A DNA stretch of 64,000 nt from Phoronis australis. Lineage: Eukaryota > Animalia > Phoronida. Shown here in pieces: positions 1 through 41,060 of this stretch (positions within the stretch are counted from its first letter, which is position 1; every line of letters starts with the position of its first letter). The DNA lies in assembly GCA_002633005.1 (NCBI GenBank), contig NMRA01000270.1, positions 270,345-334,344 on the forward strand, read 5' to 3'. The notes below the pieces were generated by a model that saw only the letters and a program-made list of their open reading frames with translations, made no database searches and was not told where the DNA came from. A program made the translations under genes and the position numbers.

Positions 1-2819
1 TACTTTTATTTGGCCCTCTTTGGAATCGTCTCTCCTCACCTGAGCCGATTTTTTCTAAAACTGACAAGTAGGCAGGTAAGCTGTTTTGTTTCACGAGGTG
101 CAAGTGTCCAGTTAGTTGCACAGGTATTAACGACATCAGTGTACGTTTTGCAGATTGCTATATCATGTACCTGTATCCAATTCTCGTTGTCGGCCAATCG
201 TTTTTGTTAGATTTCAAACAAAAATTTTGAGTGGTGCACAAAATACACATCTGTCGCTGGAAAGAGAAACAATTGTTTAGGTTTTACCGACGTTAAATAT
301 GTGGAGCGTAAGACCAGCTATGTCTTCGAATAACGTCTTATTCGTCTTACAAAATGACGAAGGTCCATGGAGTGTGAATAATGTGAATCTCATGATTACT
401 ATTTTCTGCGTCTTTTGTTAGAAAATAGTGGTGGTGATGGTGGTGGTGGTAGTGGTGGTGCTTCTTCTTTTACGTTTGTTTATTCGATGATGTCATGTGC
501 ATTGTTTAACAATATCAACGTGACGTGTTATAATGCGACGTCGTTGTTGCTCTCCAGTTTAGAATTTTCATACACCCGTGCCCATTTTTGCTGTATGGTA
601 ATTCACTTTCCTCAGTGGCATTGTTGACAGTCTTTTACTGGGCGTTATCCGCAGATCACAAATAAAGTTCACTATCGAACACCCATGTTTACTAATAATT
701 TGTTTCATCAACGCCTGCCTGTTGTTCCGGTCACCTCGCCGTGAACAAGTGTTCACCAGAATCAATGAACAGCGGGAAGAGATGTGTGCTTTCACGACGC
801 TTCCAGCAATCCATTCTCTATTCGCGATCTCCATTCATTGTTTTCACTGTTTGTTTTTACTGCTTACTGGAGTGTACACCTATGGACCACAACAGGAAAG
901 TAAACAGAGTCTTGTTCAGTGTGTTTGAGGTCGTCATCTCTGACTAGACACTCGATGGAAGCTGGGCTTTGTTAGGTTCTTTACTGCTGGAGTGGATGAC
1001 TTTCAGTAAGGGGGAGTCTTGGCTGGCCTGATATTGATATTGCCATGCATGCTAAACTCAGGTTGACGGGAACTGCAGGAAGACGAGTACCACTAATACA
1101 AGGTAAATGTCATTAAAATGACGTGTGACGACGGTGAAATGTGAAGTTGTACAGGAAATGTTCGCATAAGTATCGACGCAGAAGGGCTTACATTTGGAAC
1201 GTAATGTTCGGAACTCAGTCCGCCATGGTTGAAGCAGGACACAACTGTAATTTCTCGCCAAGGCTTTGTAGGGTTTTCCAAATGGGCACGTGACTGTCAA
1301 CGAGAAGTAAAAACAATTAGACTTCGTTTTTGCAGTCATCAGGTCACGTGTCAGCTATGATCTCGTCTGGGTGACTGACATCCCCGGGCGCAGATATATA
1401 TACCCACGTACACTGGGGATCTTCGTGAAATTTTGTATCCTGTTCCAAATGATGACAAATCTATTGGTCAGTGCCAAAATTGTTCCTACCTGTTTGTTGT
1501 CGCTGTTAAACTGTCATCGATGTGCCTTTCGTGTTGGTGATGTTTTGCTACATGTCTATAGAATGAGTTCAAAGAATCAACATAAATCCTTTATAACAAA
1601 GAGAAATACACCACTTCCCTAGTTTTTTTTCTACCCTACGATCTTATGCTGGCTGATATTTACCCAGGCCCAAAACTGAAAATAAACGGATCAGCTGATT
1701 ACTGATGCTGTTGGTTCGTGTTTGAAATGAACGCGTGTAATTTGATTTTCTATTCACCACGTGATAAGTGACCCTTTGTGCAACTTTTAAGTTTAAAAAA
1801 AAAATGCATTTTATCAGCATTCTATTTCTACAACAAATGCATCCATACCATCAATTACTCAAGAAACACTTGTTTATTGGTTTTGTCCAACCCTAAAATT
1901 GCGGGTTCTGTAACGATGCGTGTACGCATTTCCTGGGTCTTAAGTTTTCAGCTCATTCCGGCGACAATAATTCAAGATTGTATATTAAGCATTAAACCCT
2001 AATTAAAAGCGCTTGGGTAGTATGAATTCAGCATTGACAACTAAACAACAATTGCGAACAGCGTTTTGGATATCTGTGTTTAAAAGCATGCTATCTGAGA
2101 GTTTCAGTGTTTTATTGTTGCGATTGGTATCTACTGGTCATATTCTTTCAGGGAGTATGTTTTCTGGGCAACTACAATTTAATAAAATTATCTCCCAACT
2201 CTCAGTGTTTAATTATTTCTTTCGGCGGTGCATGTTTCCATGGTGACAGAAAATCTATATCTCAGCAGGGGACCTGTTATGTTGTGTCCATGTATCACAT
2301 ATCATTAAACTGTTTATCTCACCAAATTACATTAGCTTGTATTCCGGAAGATTGTTTTCATCATCGGTAGTTCTTTCATAAAACATGTCTGTACTTTCTT
2401 TTACTGCTGTTCGTTGCTTGATTTGAGACGTTGGCAACTGGTTGAAAATAACGGTGAATTTACGAAAAATGTTGAAGCAAGGGAGATAATACTGATTTTT
2501 TGTGACTTGGGTACTTTTAGTGATTTCAGGTAATGCTAACAGTTTCCAACGACAGGGGCGTGAAAAGAAAATATTGTCCACGCTTAATACGAAAAAAATC
2601 ATTCGTGGCAATTCTAAATTGTTCTTGTCTTGTAACTAATAGCAATGGAATGCAACGTGACAAAGAAATTGGCTTTTTCAGCCACTCAATTGCCCGGCTG
2701 ACGTGCAACAGTTACCTACTAATTGTATCTTCTTTGTAATTTCAGAGTTGAATAGTGCAGCACTCGGCGATCTCGGTTGGCTTAAACGAAAGGGATGCTG
2801 ACTTATAATTGTAGTTCAC

Positions 2820-4070
2820 ATGATCACACTCGGCGGTGCGACGTCTGCGGTCATTAATTATGTTCAACTACCGCACACGGAACGATGCTGGGGATATTGT
2901 TTGTGGCGTAGTTGTCTGTGTCGCACTTGGAATGACGGAAGCATTGGCAACTCTACAATTCCGATGTATCCCTTGAACTGCACGGCGTACCACGTGTGTA
3001 CAAACAGTACGGAGACGGCCCATCTTCCACTGGTGGCCTCAATCATTTTGACGTTATTAATGGTGCTTATAATAGCTGTCAGCATATTCGGGAATCTCGT
3101 CGTGTGCGTGATAGTGTATCGCAAGGCAGCCATGCGTTCAGCTATTAACTTGTTATTGGCGAATATGGCGTTATCTAACATTGTCTTGGCCTGTGTATGT
3201 ATGTCGTTTGCAGTGGCAACGCTTCACCTGGATTTCACCATAGGAGTCACTGCGTGTAAAACGGTGATTTACGCACACCATCTATTAATATGTGCGTCCG
3301 TCCTTACTCTGCTCACTATCAGTGTAGATCGGTATCTCATCATTGTCTGTAGGAAAGACAAGTTAACTCCTCAGAGAGCAAGCATTTTAATAATCGGTGT
3401 CTGGTGCTTGGCAGCGACATTCGCACTGCCACCTACCGTGGGATGGGGATATTATTATGTTGCTCTTCCCCATGACCAATGCATGGCGACCAAGTCAACA
3501 CTCCTCGACAACGTGTTATACTTGTTTATGTTTTCTATAGTCGTTTATTTTCTGCCCATGTTGATTATGGCCTATTCATTTCTAAGCATCATCAATACGG
3601 TGAGGAAGAACTCGTTACGTGTTCAGTGTCTACCTGTCAATGATGTGATTATGCAGTGCAATTATAAACCCAGTCTCGTCAGCATCATCTCGCTTCCGCA
3701 CACTCGGGTTAATGTTGACATGAGTTTCAAAACGCGGGCTTTCAAAACCATCTTCATGTTATTCATCACGTTTCTCGTGTGTTGGGCGCCATATTCCGTC
3801 CATTCATTGATTTATAACTTCATACAGTCGGACCCGAATGTTGGCATCGTATTATTATGGATTGCGTATACCAACTGTGCCTTGAATCCTATTATCTATT
3901 TTTGGAGAATTAAAAAGTTCCGCGAAGCATGTCGACAGATTCCGCCTAAACTGTTTAAACTGCTTCCGAATGTTCCCGAAAAGACCCGACGAAGAATTAA
4001 ACCAAGCACAATGTACGAGATCTCTTCAGACCCGGTAGACTCTGGAGACAACCAGACATCAAAGGTGTGA
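2820..4070 (+). CDS. Class A orphan GPCR, GPR45/GPR63 (PSP24) family; single coding exon
   Basis: Seven hydrophobic helices; GN in TM1, 'MRSAINLLLANMA', SVDRY, CWAP, NPIIY; family hallmarks 'VDMSFKTRAFKTI' and 'YFWRIKKFREAC'. True start may be the downstream Met (MYPLNCT). Acceptor tttcag near 2745 and donor gtaagc near 75 suggest an intron in the 5'UTR. Confidence 0.9.
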   Translation: MITLGGATSAVINYVQLPHTERCWGYCLWRSCLCRTWNDGSIGNSTIPMYPLNCTAYHVCTNSTETAHLPLVASIILTLLMVLIIAVSIFGNLVVCVIVYRKAAMRSAINLLLANMALSNIVLACVCMSFAVATLHLDFTIGVTACKTVIYAHHLLICASVLTLLTISVDRYLIIVCRKDKLTPQRASILIIGVWCLAATFALPPTVGWGYYYVALPHDQCMATKSTLLDNVLYLFMFSIVVYFLPMLIMAYSFLSIINTVRKNSLRVQCLPVNDVIMQCNYKPSLVSIISLPHTRVNVDMSFKTRAFKTIFMLFITFLVCWAPYSVHSLIYNFIQSDPNVGIVLLWIAYTNCALNPIIYFWRIKKFREACRQIPPKLFKLLPNVPEKTRRRIKPSTMYEISSDPVDSGDNQTSKV

Positions 4071-7000
4071 AGACCATTTAGCAAGAAAGTTACCGTAATC
4101 TATCATGTGAGCGATGGCTGTTTTCATTGGATTTTTATATTTGTAATTTCAATTTTTGAACTATTCTTGCTGGCGATGGTTATTACATTATGCCTATAGA
4201 AATTGTTGTTTTAAACTTTCGGTGTCAGACTGATTGTACACAAGACAACTTTGTTGCAGGCAACCTAGCCTCGGAAGAACATCTTCAGTTATTGCACTGA
4301 GCATGTCGTCGATGGTGTGATTGACTGGTTCTCTCGTATCTCGACGAGTTGATGAGGCTGCTATTACCGAGGCACGTCTTAGTTCTCGACGTGACTCGAG
4401 AACTCTTTGACATGTGATGTTTAGCGATAAAACACTACGTAGTCGCTGTTTTATAAACATACAACATCCCAAAAAGTTATGAAAAATGTTCTGCAATATA
4501 CACGTCAGAAAATCGTTTTGCTGGGTATTTATGGAGATCATCGTATTCCAAGAGTCACAGATTCTTTTGAAAGGCACGTAAGTTAGGGAAATATACCTCA
4601 GCTGCTGAAAAACGACAAATGTACGATAACGTCACCTACAACCACAAAATGAACATATCTCATTCGTTGTTGAAACTGAATACAATCTCCACAGCGTGCG
4701 TTTTGGTGCTAAATTTTACAAAATTTTGAGCTCCGTTAGGGGAAATCTAGCTGTGATCGACCCTTTTCCCAACACTAGTACGCAATGCAAAACATGCTTT
4801 GAGATTGCTTGAATAAAAACACAATTACACCATAGTAAAACTATTACCTGGTTCTCGAGAACGATATTTAAGTGTTTTTTGGGACATCCTACATTTGGTT
4901 TTGCCTTTTGCGTTATGCTCCAATCATTTAGGAGGTTTGGGTTATAGACAACCCCCGCCGTATTTTCTGAAATAAAACACCCTCAAAGTGAGATTCCTAA
5001 TTACAACAACCCTTTTCTTAAATGTCTCGAAGTGAGAGTGGGTCACCTTTGTTCTGTCCATTTTGGTTCGCCCTTGTTTTGGCAAAATATATTATATGCA
5101 TTGAAGGGACGTTATCTGTTTCACGTCAGAAAACGCATTCTGAGGTTAACGTTTGACTTCGTGAAGTCATTGGCTTTGACCAAAACAAGAAAATCCGTTA
5201 CATTTTTTGTGATTTATTACCCATGCGCGCACCCAGCCTTTAATCTTTAATATATGGGGGGAGGGCTCGAATTGGACCTTTTATCGACAAAAAAGCCAAA
5301 GGACTAAAAAAACGGGGTACCACGTCCAGGGCTCTGAATTGAGCGTTTGCGCCTTTTTAGTGGACTTCTTGTCTTTTTGTAACCGATCGTCAATTCTCGA
5401 TGAATTTACCAGTGAAAGCCTCGGCCATTTCTCGACTTGAATAAGCTCCAACAGTAGATTCTTAGGCTGCTGCCGCGGAGGTTCGGTTGCGCGTTAGCTC
5501 TGGCGTCAAAAAATCACTTTTCACGCTGATAACGTTCCTTTCAGATTTCAAGAAAACGTACGAAAACTACAGTGTAACGGGGTGGGGGTTGTTCTCACTT
5601 ACCGCAGGCGGTACACAGGACATTCCGTTAAGCTGGCGTTACTTTGGGTGGAAACTTGTAATTCAGGGCCGGCCGCCTTCAACTGTAACTTACACGCATT
5701 CTTTGGTTTCTTATTTATAGGCTTGTGCATCCGATCTACGAACATCGGTTGCAATTCCTATATCACATTTTTATGTCAATTAATAAACAGAAATTGTAAG
5801 AAATTAACTTTTCTGCGAATTTTGCCGCATACCGGTTGAAATTTCAAACAGAAAATCTGTGCAACTCTAGCAAGGAGGTAATTTTGCTAAATAAATCTGA
5901 AATAAATGCGTAGGCCCTATTTTCTTAAATTTTGAGACAAGGAGGTTCCTAAGCAGCCAGTTCAGATTAGGCAACGTGTCGCCCCATGCAGTGTGTAGCA
6001 TGGCACTTAATATTTTTACCTTCCCAAGAGCATGACTATCGGCTACACACCCGTCGCTCCGCGCCTTTGTCTACCTCAACAACACCGGTGGGTGACAGAT
6101 TCGCACTCATAAACATAACACCAGGAAGAGATAACACGTACGATCTCACTGACTCACAGACACTGTTCAGTAAGCGCCAAACACGGCGGAGGACCGAATA
6201 AAACATCAATACACATCTACTGTAAACACGGTTCACCGATTCACGAACTCCTGGTCGGATTCACAAACTCCTGGTCCAATTCACAAACACGGCTCATTAA
6301 CCGACCAACAACGTCATGTAAAATAATTCCGGGAAACGTGTTGGACGGTCAGTGAGCTGCGTTCGTTAGTCTGGAACTCAGTTTTTAGCTTCGTAAGCCG
6401 TGTTTTGTGAGTTGTGCTGGAACATGTAACGAAAAACGCGGCTTTGAATGCAGTCTTCCACTTCGGCAGGTTGACTCGGTATCCGTCTGTAACACTAATG
6501 AATTGCTCAATAGTCCTTTTAATTACAGTTAATCAAACTGAAGTCATTTACAAATTCATATTTTTGTAAACGGTTTCGTTCCGACCGCTTTTACCTTATG
6601 GCTCTAAATCGTTTCTAAAAAGTCGCACATGTACAGTAGATAGGCGATTCAAAGGTCGTGTAGGCCAACTTCTGATAGGCTTTTGGACCCCTGCCTACCC
6701 TTCGATCACCGTGTGCAACTTCCTATGCGACTTTTAGCATAATAATTGTCCACATACTGCGATTAGTAGTGCAGGAAAAATCGGTGTAGACAAGACCCGG
6801 TTTTATAAACTTAGGATTGAGGCCTAAATATTTTTTTCACCAAGAAGGCGCAATATTATTTATTGCCAGTGTCTTAACAACTCAATTAATAAGTAGTAAG
6901 TTTTCAGATGATTATGCTCTCGTGCATCACGTATTTTGACGCCACGGCACAGCGCCACCTTATCGCCCCCTGTATAACAATTAAATGCGACCCTCAAGCA

Positions 7001-8690
7001 TCCAAATCGATCTTTCCGAATTAACTCACACCGCCGTGTTAAAATTCTAACTGTAAACATTATTCTTGAACTTATTAAGACACGGCGATATGGATAGGCC
7101 TGTCAGACGGTGTTATAAATTGATTTTTGCCATTCGCTGCAACATGCCACATGGCTAATTTCCAGGGGATGGTTAGCCGCGTAATAACCCAGCTAATTAA
7201 AATCAAAACCAAACAAATTCCAAAGGAACAACATCAACGTAAGCTCTAAAAACGGCATGCCTATAGCATACTTCTATAGTCTTGCCTATACCTCCCCAAA
7301 TCCGTTAATGATATCTTCGTAGCTGGAATAGATCAACTTTAGATATCAAGTTTTAAAAACTACGCATTGTGTTGTTTTTACTGTAAAATTATTTTCTTCT
7401 CACGGCGTTAAAAGTGTTAATTTAATGCTGTGCAATTATTTTTTTTTCAAAAAATTCATCTTTCTTGACCACAATCCATTTCGGCAGTATACCATTTTTT
7501 CGCTGTAAACCAAAAAAACAAAGCACCCATGTCGTTATTTACGCGTTCCACGCACAACATTCATCATAAATGTCCACACGGCTGTAGAAAAAACGATGTC
7601 TAGACAAGATGCACTTTCTGCGCTTTGACAACATGGTTCTGTGCGAGTTTCGAATTCTCAAAGCGTTAGCATCGGTGACAAATCACTATTCTATTCAAAG
7701 CATTGTTAGTATTGATTTTATTCCATTATTATTACCATGGTAACAGAGACGCACACGTACGGCTGATTAGACTTACGGGAGTGATCGTTCGCTGACCTGG
7801 CGATGAAATCACTCCTGCGAACTCTACACGACAGTTTACTCACCTGCTCCACAACAAGTTCAAATAGCACCATCCTGGTCGCGGTACGATAAGAAAATAA
7901 TTCACTGATAGACACTTCTATAAATTTCAAGAGCCTGACACAGAAGTCTGCCACAAGCGTTAGTTTCATGCTTAAGAAACGATCTAGGAGTATATTAAAC
8001 CTTGGTATTGAGTCATCCAGCACCTATGGTGGACCACCTGCTATTTTGTGGGAGAAAATCCTAGGATAACACAAGCGGAAACCCTTTTGATGTATGTGAT
8101 TTTAGACACCTTTATTTCCACTGAAGACTTAAAATTGAAGGAAAACAAAATCACTGATTCATTAATACAAAATTTATATTCAACAATTTTTAGCAACAAT
8201 AATTTGTTAGTTAATAGTTATAACAATTCTCATGAAATGCAAGAATGACACAACATGTACGATGATTGACAGGTGGGTGAGATCATTTCAGGATGACAGA
8301 CAACTTTCAACAGAAACACACCAGAAATCATAGAACAGTACAATAGAAGAAAATGACCACATAGACATTTGACCACACCCTTGTACATAAAAAACATATG
8401 ATTTGTGAACACACGACGGCAATGCAATACTTGAAAAAGTTCATAAAAGAAATATCCTTCATTTGTGTTAAGCTTACAAGAAATTAAAAATCTTTAGCTA
8501 TGTTGTTCAAATCAGCCCAAGTTATGGAGATCATCATGTGACCCAGCTTCATCCAATCCCATCTCAGCTTTCTCTACTTCTTAGAGAAGTTAACCAGGCA
8601 GACATTTACAATCCTAACCAAATACTCATCTATATTTGAGTTAGGTTGGTTTCCATTGAGGTCTCTATAAAAGAGTGTATCTAAAAATAA

Positions 8691-8990
8691 TTGCAGGTCC
8701 TCTGGTACATGTTGTACCAGACGTACGCACGACGCTCAGGTGTGCTCGTTGCATTGATCACTAGGGAACCATTTTTAGGCTTTATTAATATATAGATAAA
8801 ACTGAGCCGAGGAGCTAGACACCCAACTCGAGGGTCTAGCAGTGTACCCCAGTGGGACTCGAACTCACTGCATTGAGTACAGGAAGCAGAAAACCATCCT
8901 ACTAGGGCCAAACTGCCTCCTCCACAGTGTGTGTATGAGCAGAGACCCATCCTAATAGGCCAAACTGCCTCCTCCACAGTGTGTGTATGA
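8691..8990 (-). mobile_element. tRNA-derived SINE; related copies at ~33368-33600 and ~28804-28905
   Basis: B-box GTTCGAGTCCCAC on minus strand in two copies; shared body 'ttgcagg...tctggtaca.g.tgtaccagacgt.cgca'; 54-bp tandem duplication at 8902-8990. Confidence 0.7.
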
Positions 8991-9425
8991 GGACATCAAC
9001 TATTGTAACAAATAATTCTTCCTGAGTATTCCCGTGACAGCTCAAAGCTGTGCTCAGTGCAAACTGAAACAGACTCAGCATACAGTAAAATTCTCCAATT
9101 AGGGAAAGTGAAAAATTAATTATTTTTCTCAAGGTCGGAGGTCGTCCAAAAATCCAGAAATAGGCAATATTGGCCATCCCAAATTTAAGAATCACTGAAG
9201 ACGGCTAAATTACCCACCCTGTAGATTGAAAACACCTAGTCCGAAATTAGAGAAATATGGTGAATGCAAAAAACGTCTTTGTCCCAAATTCCAGAATCAA
9301 GAAATTTAAAATTTGCGAAACCTTTCATGTTTAAATTTTAGAGCCTGTCTCAAATTGGAGAACTTTAACATAAAACGAAAAAGCATCACTCAACACAGGG
9401 AAGACAAAGTGCACTCTGCTGGTCA

Positions 9426-37510
<28,085 letters not shown>

Positions 37511-37519
37511 ATCTCATGT

Positions 37520-38010
37520 CCGATGTTTAGCCAAAAACAAACTCTATTTCTAGTGGAATCTGTCGAATTTGCGTAATATTCAAAGCGTATCGGCTATCTG
37601 TTATTCGCCGTAATCGACATTAGAATGATTCACGTAGTGCAATTGCGCAGGGTAGGCATACAAAAGTAGTTCGTAGTAAATTACGAATATAAATGTCAAA
37701 TGTCTGTGTATTAGTCACTGGTTTGTGTCAGAAGCTTTACTGATTAAATTTTATATATTTTTTTTACTGCTTAAACTCAATAAAATCATTTTTGATTGTT
37801 CTACATATTTGACAACAGCGAAAGAATATATTTATAGTTCACTTGACGTGACGTCAGCAAGGTGGTTTCCGAAACTCCATGGTAGATAAACGTGGCCAAG
37901 GTCTGCCAGTAGAATATTTCAGTTTTATTGCGTGTTTTTAATTCGTAGTTATGTGAGCAGGTAGTGTGAAACATCGATCACTCCATTGCGTTGATAAAGG
38001 CAATAAAAAG
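37520..38010. promoter_or_regulatory. Likely bidirectional promoter between BRWD/PHIP (-) and the non-coding first exon of DHDDS (+)
   Basis: BRWD ATG at 37510; perfect CRE palindrome TGACGTCA at 37849-37856 with an overlapping TGACGT; strong + strand donor AAG|GTAAGT at 38011; the DHDDS ATG lies 1 nt after an acceptor (tttcag, 41059), so an upstream UTR exon is needed. Confidence 0.6.
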
Positions 38011-38081
38011 GTAAGTAAGGGACGATTTGAAGATGTACAAATAAAAGTAAACACTGCCACTGGTAAACCACGTCAGTCGTC

Positions 38082-38152
38082 ACCTGATGAAGTTCAGTTC
38101 ACTTTCACAGTTTGGCCCACTGACCAGCTGACGACAGATGACGAAACGTCGG
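38082..38152 (+). ncRNA. Hammerhead-like motif with long stem II loop
   Basis: CC-TGATGA-A-GT(T)CA ...~45 nt... TGAC-GAAACGTC-GG; core boxes intact, helices short. Confidence 0.45.
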
Positions 38153-39039
38153 GAACGTAAGTAGCTCATTAGTGAACGAAGTTCTTGCATCTGAATACAA
38201 TTGCCACAAGTGAGATGACAGTCTCGGAAAGTAACCGATCATGCAATTTCTGTTATTTGGGTGTTTGTCGAGCTGTTTAAAGAAGAAGCCAGGCGATGCA
38301 GTTGCAATGGCAAAAAGGCGTCACTGCCACTTGCTAGAATTGTGCAGTGTTGCATATCTTGTAAAACACAAAGCTGTAAAGGTTATTGTTTACAATATGA
38401 CTCCATTAACGCACACACTTGATATTAATATTTTCTGAATCCTTTCTCCATGGTAATCGTGGTGATTTCAAAAATGTATTACTCGATTTGGCGGTTATTT
38501 TGTACTGCGCTCTGGAACGATGTGGGTGATAGGTGAGCGAATTAAAATCTGACTAAATTATTCCTTCCTTGCTTAAAATAAATTTGTTGCCGGTGCTAAA
38601 AATTGCCTTTATTCCATTTTTCTGTTGCTAAATTTGTGGAGCGATCATATTCATTGGCATTGTGCACCATGGAGTAGAACTTTCGAGCATTTTTTTGTTC
38701 CTATTTGTCAGTCGCGTTTTCTTCAGTGTACAGGTCACACCACTTATGGGTTTCACTTTGTTTTAAGTTTTTACTATTTTATTACCAGAAAACAATTTCT
38801 GAGCAACTTTTGCTTTGGTGAAGTTGTCACCATCTCCTGAAAGATGTTTTGAAGTTGACATTTCATTGTTATGAAAACCAGAGTGTTGTAAGAAAATGAT
38901 GTTTATTGGGGTATTTTTTACTTAAATGGCTATGACGGCAAGGTAAGTGTCAGTTGACTCACAGATTTTGCATAGACCCCTGCCATTGTTAAGCAATCAC
39001 AAAGGTAATTTGTATTAAAAATATTGAGGAGAGATCTCT

Positions 39040-39900
39040 TTTGGAACCAAAGAAACCGTACCTTGAATAGAATGTGTACAGCCGTTTCGTCCATATCTCA
39101 CGGACTTGTTTCACCACCGGGTGCGCCCTCTGATGTTGTAGAATAAAACAATAAAAACAGTCTCAAGAATTCACTAATGTCAGGGGGAATCCCGCAACAA
39201 ATCTAAATACACCACAGGTAGATCAAGTCCTGGGTCTTTGTCTATGTACTTGGATCTTAATAGCCTCTCGTATCCTGCGTTTCTACTTATCCGGGTGTAG
39301 ACCCAATATACTGAAGTCCTCATCAGAGATCTGGTGATGTAGGTCTCTGGCATGCTCTTAACCAGCAGTAATAGGTTTAAGGTTGGGGTTACGATGATCC
39401 TTAACCCTGGTCGATAACTGGCGACCCGTCTGTCCGATTTAGTCGTCGCCACACTCATCACATTTGCATTCATAAATCACACACCACCTCTGGAGGGGGG
39501 GGGGGGGGGGNNNNNNNNNNNNNNNNNNNNNNNNNNNNNNNNNNNNNNNNNNNNNNNNNNNNNNNNCACACCACACCTCTGGAGGGGGGGGTGACACATA
39601 TTTCACTGATGGAAGGATGGAACGGATAGTGTTGAACAGTTTGTGAAAGGGTTTGTGAAACGGCTTGATGTTGTGTTTACGGTGGTTGGTCTGAATCTTT
39701 TTGGAAATGCCTGTGACATAGGGAATACACACATAGAAGTTGATGATCGAAGGATCCGGGAGGTCACTCTGTCGTGGTCTTTGTTACATACGTCGAACAT
39801 CCAGTCACGATATCTGTTGGCACGGAATGCTTGTTTTTGGTTTGGTGTTTTAAGTGGAACTTGCAGGCTAAGTTACTTTTCTCTGTGGTTGCTTGTCCAG
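39040..39900 (-). mobile_element. Penelope-like (GIY-YIG) retroelement remnant, 3' part
   Basis: Broken ORFs 'CIPYVTGISKKI...KHNIKPFHKP..NTIRSIL', 'VIYECKCDECGD.*IGQTGR' (GIY-YIG-like) and 'DKDPGLDLPVVY'; decayed hammerhead-like hairpins near 39078-39113 and 39296-39326; N-gap inside. Confidence 0.75.
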
Positions 39901-41060
39901 AGACAACATATAGTGACGATGTGAATATGCACTAGGTTGAAAATTGTTAAATGTTTTTAAGAGCGAGTTTTGTGACGAAAATGATCCACTGCAAATCACT
40001 GAACCGTGTCCAGTAAGTATCATGAGGTGGCGTTGAGGAATAACACTGCATGGTGCAGGCTATGTGAGACCGCGAGATATGTCAGTAGTACCTATTTGCT
40101 GAATTTTTTGTTTTCAAATTTACAAGTTATCAATGAATACAACTGCTCTTTGTTTAGCATAGATTATATTAAAATAGCAGTCTCGTTCATTTCCTGCTGG
40201 TATGCATTAGCATAATTAGCTCGTAGCCTGCAAGTACATCAGGAACTTAATATCTGACTGTACATAAAGTTAAGGCTCTGTAGCTTGGGACCTTATGGAC
40301 ATGTCTGAGTATTAAGCCAAATGTCTACAAAACAACAGATTTTAAAAATTCTGTAGTTTTGTAAACAATTTGTGTTTAATAGCAGTATAGATATTTTCTA
40401 AAAGTGAGCAGCCTGCGGTAGGATTTGATTTTTAACTTTATTAGTCTTTCGTTAATCAGGTCACACGACCGTCTCCCTTTGGTATAATTAAGCAAAAACT
40501 GGTATATTGATAGAAAACAGTGTTAATCAGCAACGTGGCAGAATTTCATTTGATGTATTTAATTGTGCTGTTACAGTCTTCTAAATTCTGTTTTCGTTTT
40601 AAGAAATCATAATGTCCTATTTTTTGATATCCCCTTATGCAAAAGTGGAACATTTTAAATACAATTCCTAACAATGTTTAGAACAGTGCATAAAGAAAAG
40701 GAATCTGATCTGACATTTCTGAGTTATCAGGCTCCGAAGTTGGTCAAATAAAGTTGGGTATTTCGGTGGCATTATTGGCGAAAAGTTTTATTTTCTGAGA
40801 TCAGTCCCAACACAGAACCTCAGCACTTGGAGTCCAATATATTGCTAGTGAAGCAAATACCACTCGATGTTGTAGTATTTTGAGCTTATTTAACTGGTAA
40901 TGGACACGGGTAAGAAATTAAGTAAAAATCACACGTCAGCAGTATTGTGTTATTTGTGTATCCAACAAAAGACTTTGTGTCTCAAGGGAATTATTTTTCC
41001 CTTGTCCACTGTGTACAAACCTTAGCTCACTGTCTTTGAAATCTGTCTACGTATTTCAGA

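Noticed and set aside
5032-6201. THAP-like 'LCSVHF' and HCF-binding-like 'EHDY' words in short ORFs
   Set aside because: No other THAP residues or continuous frame; likely chance.
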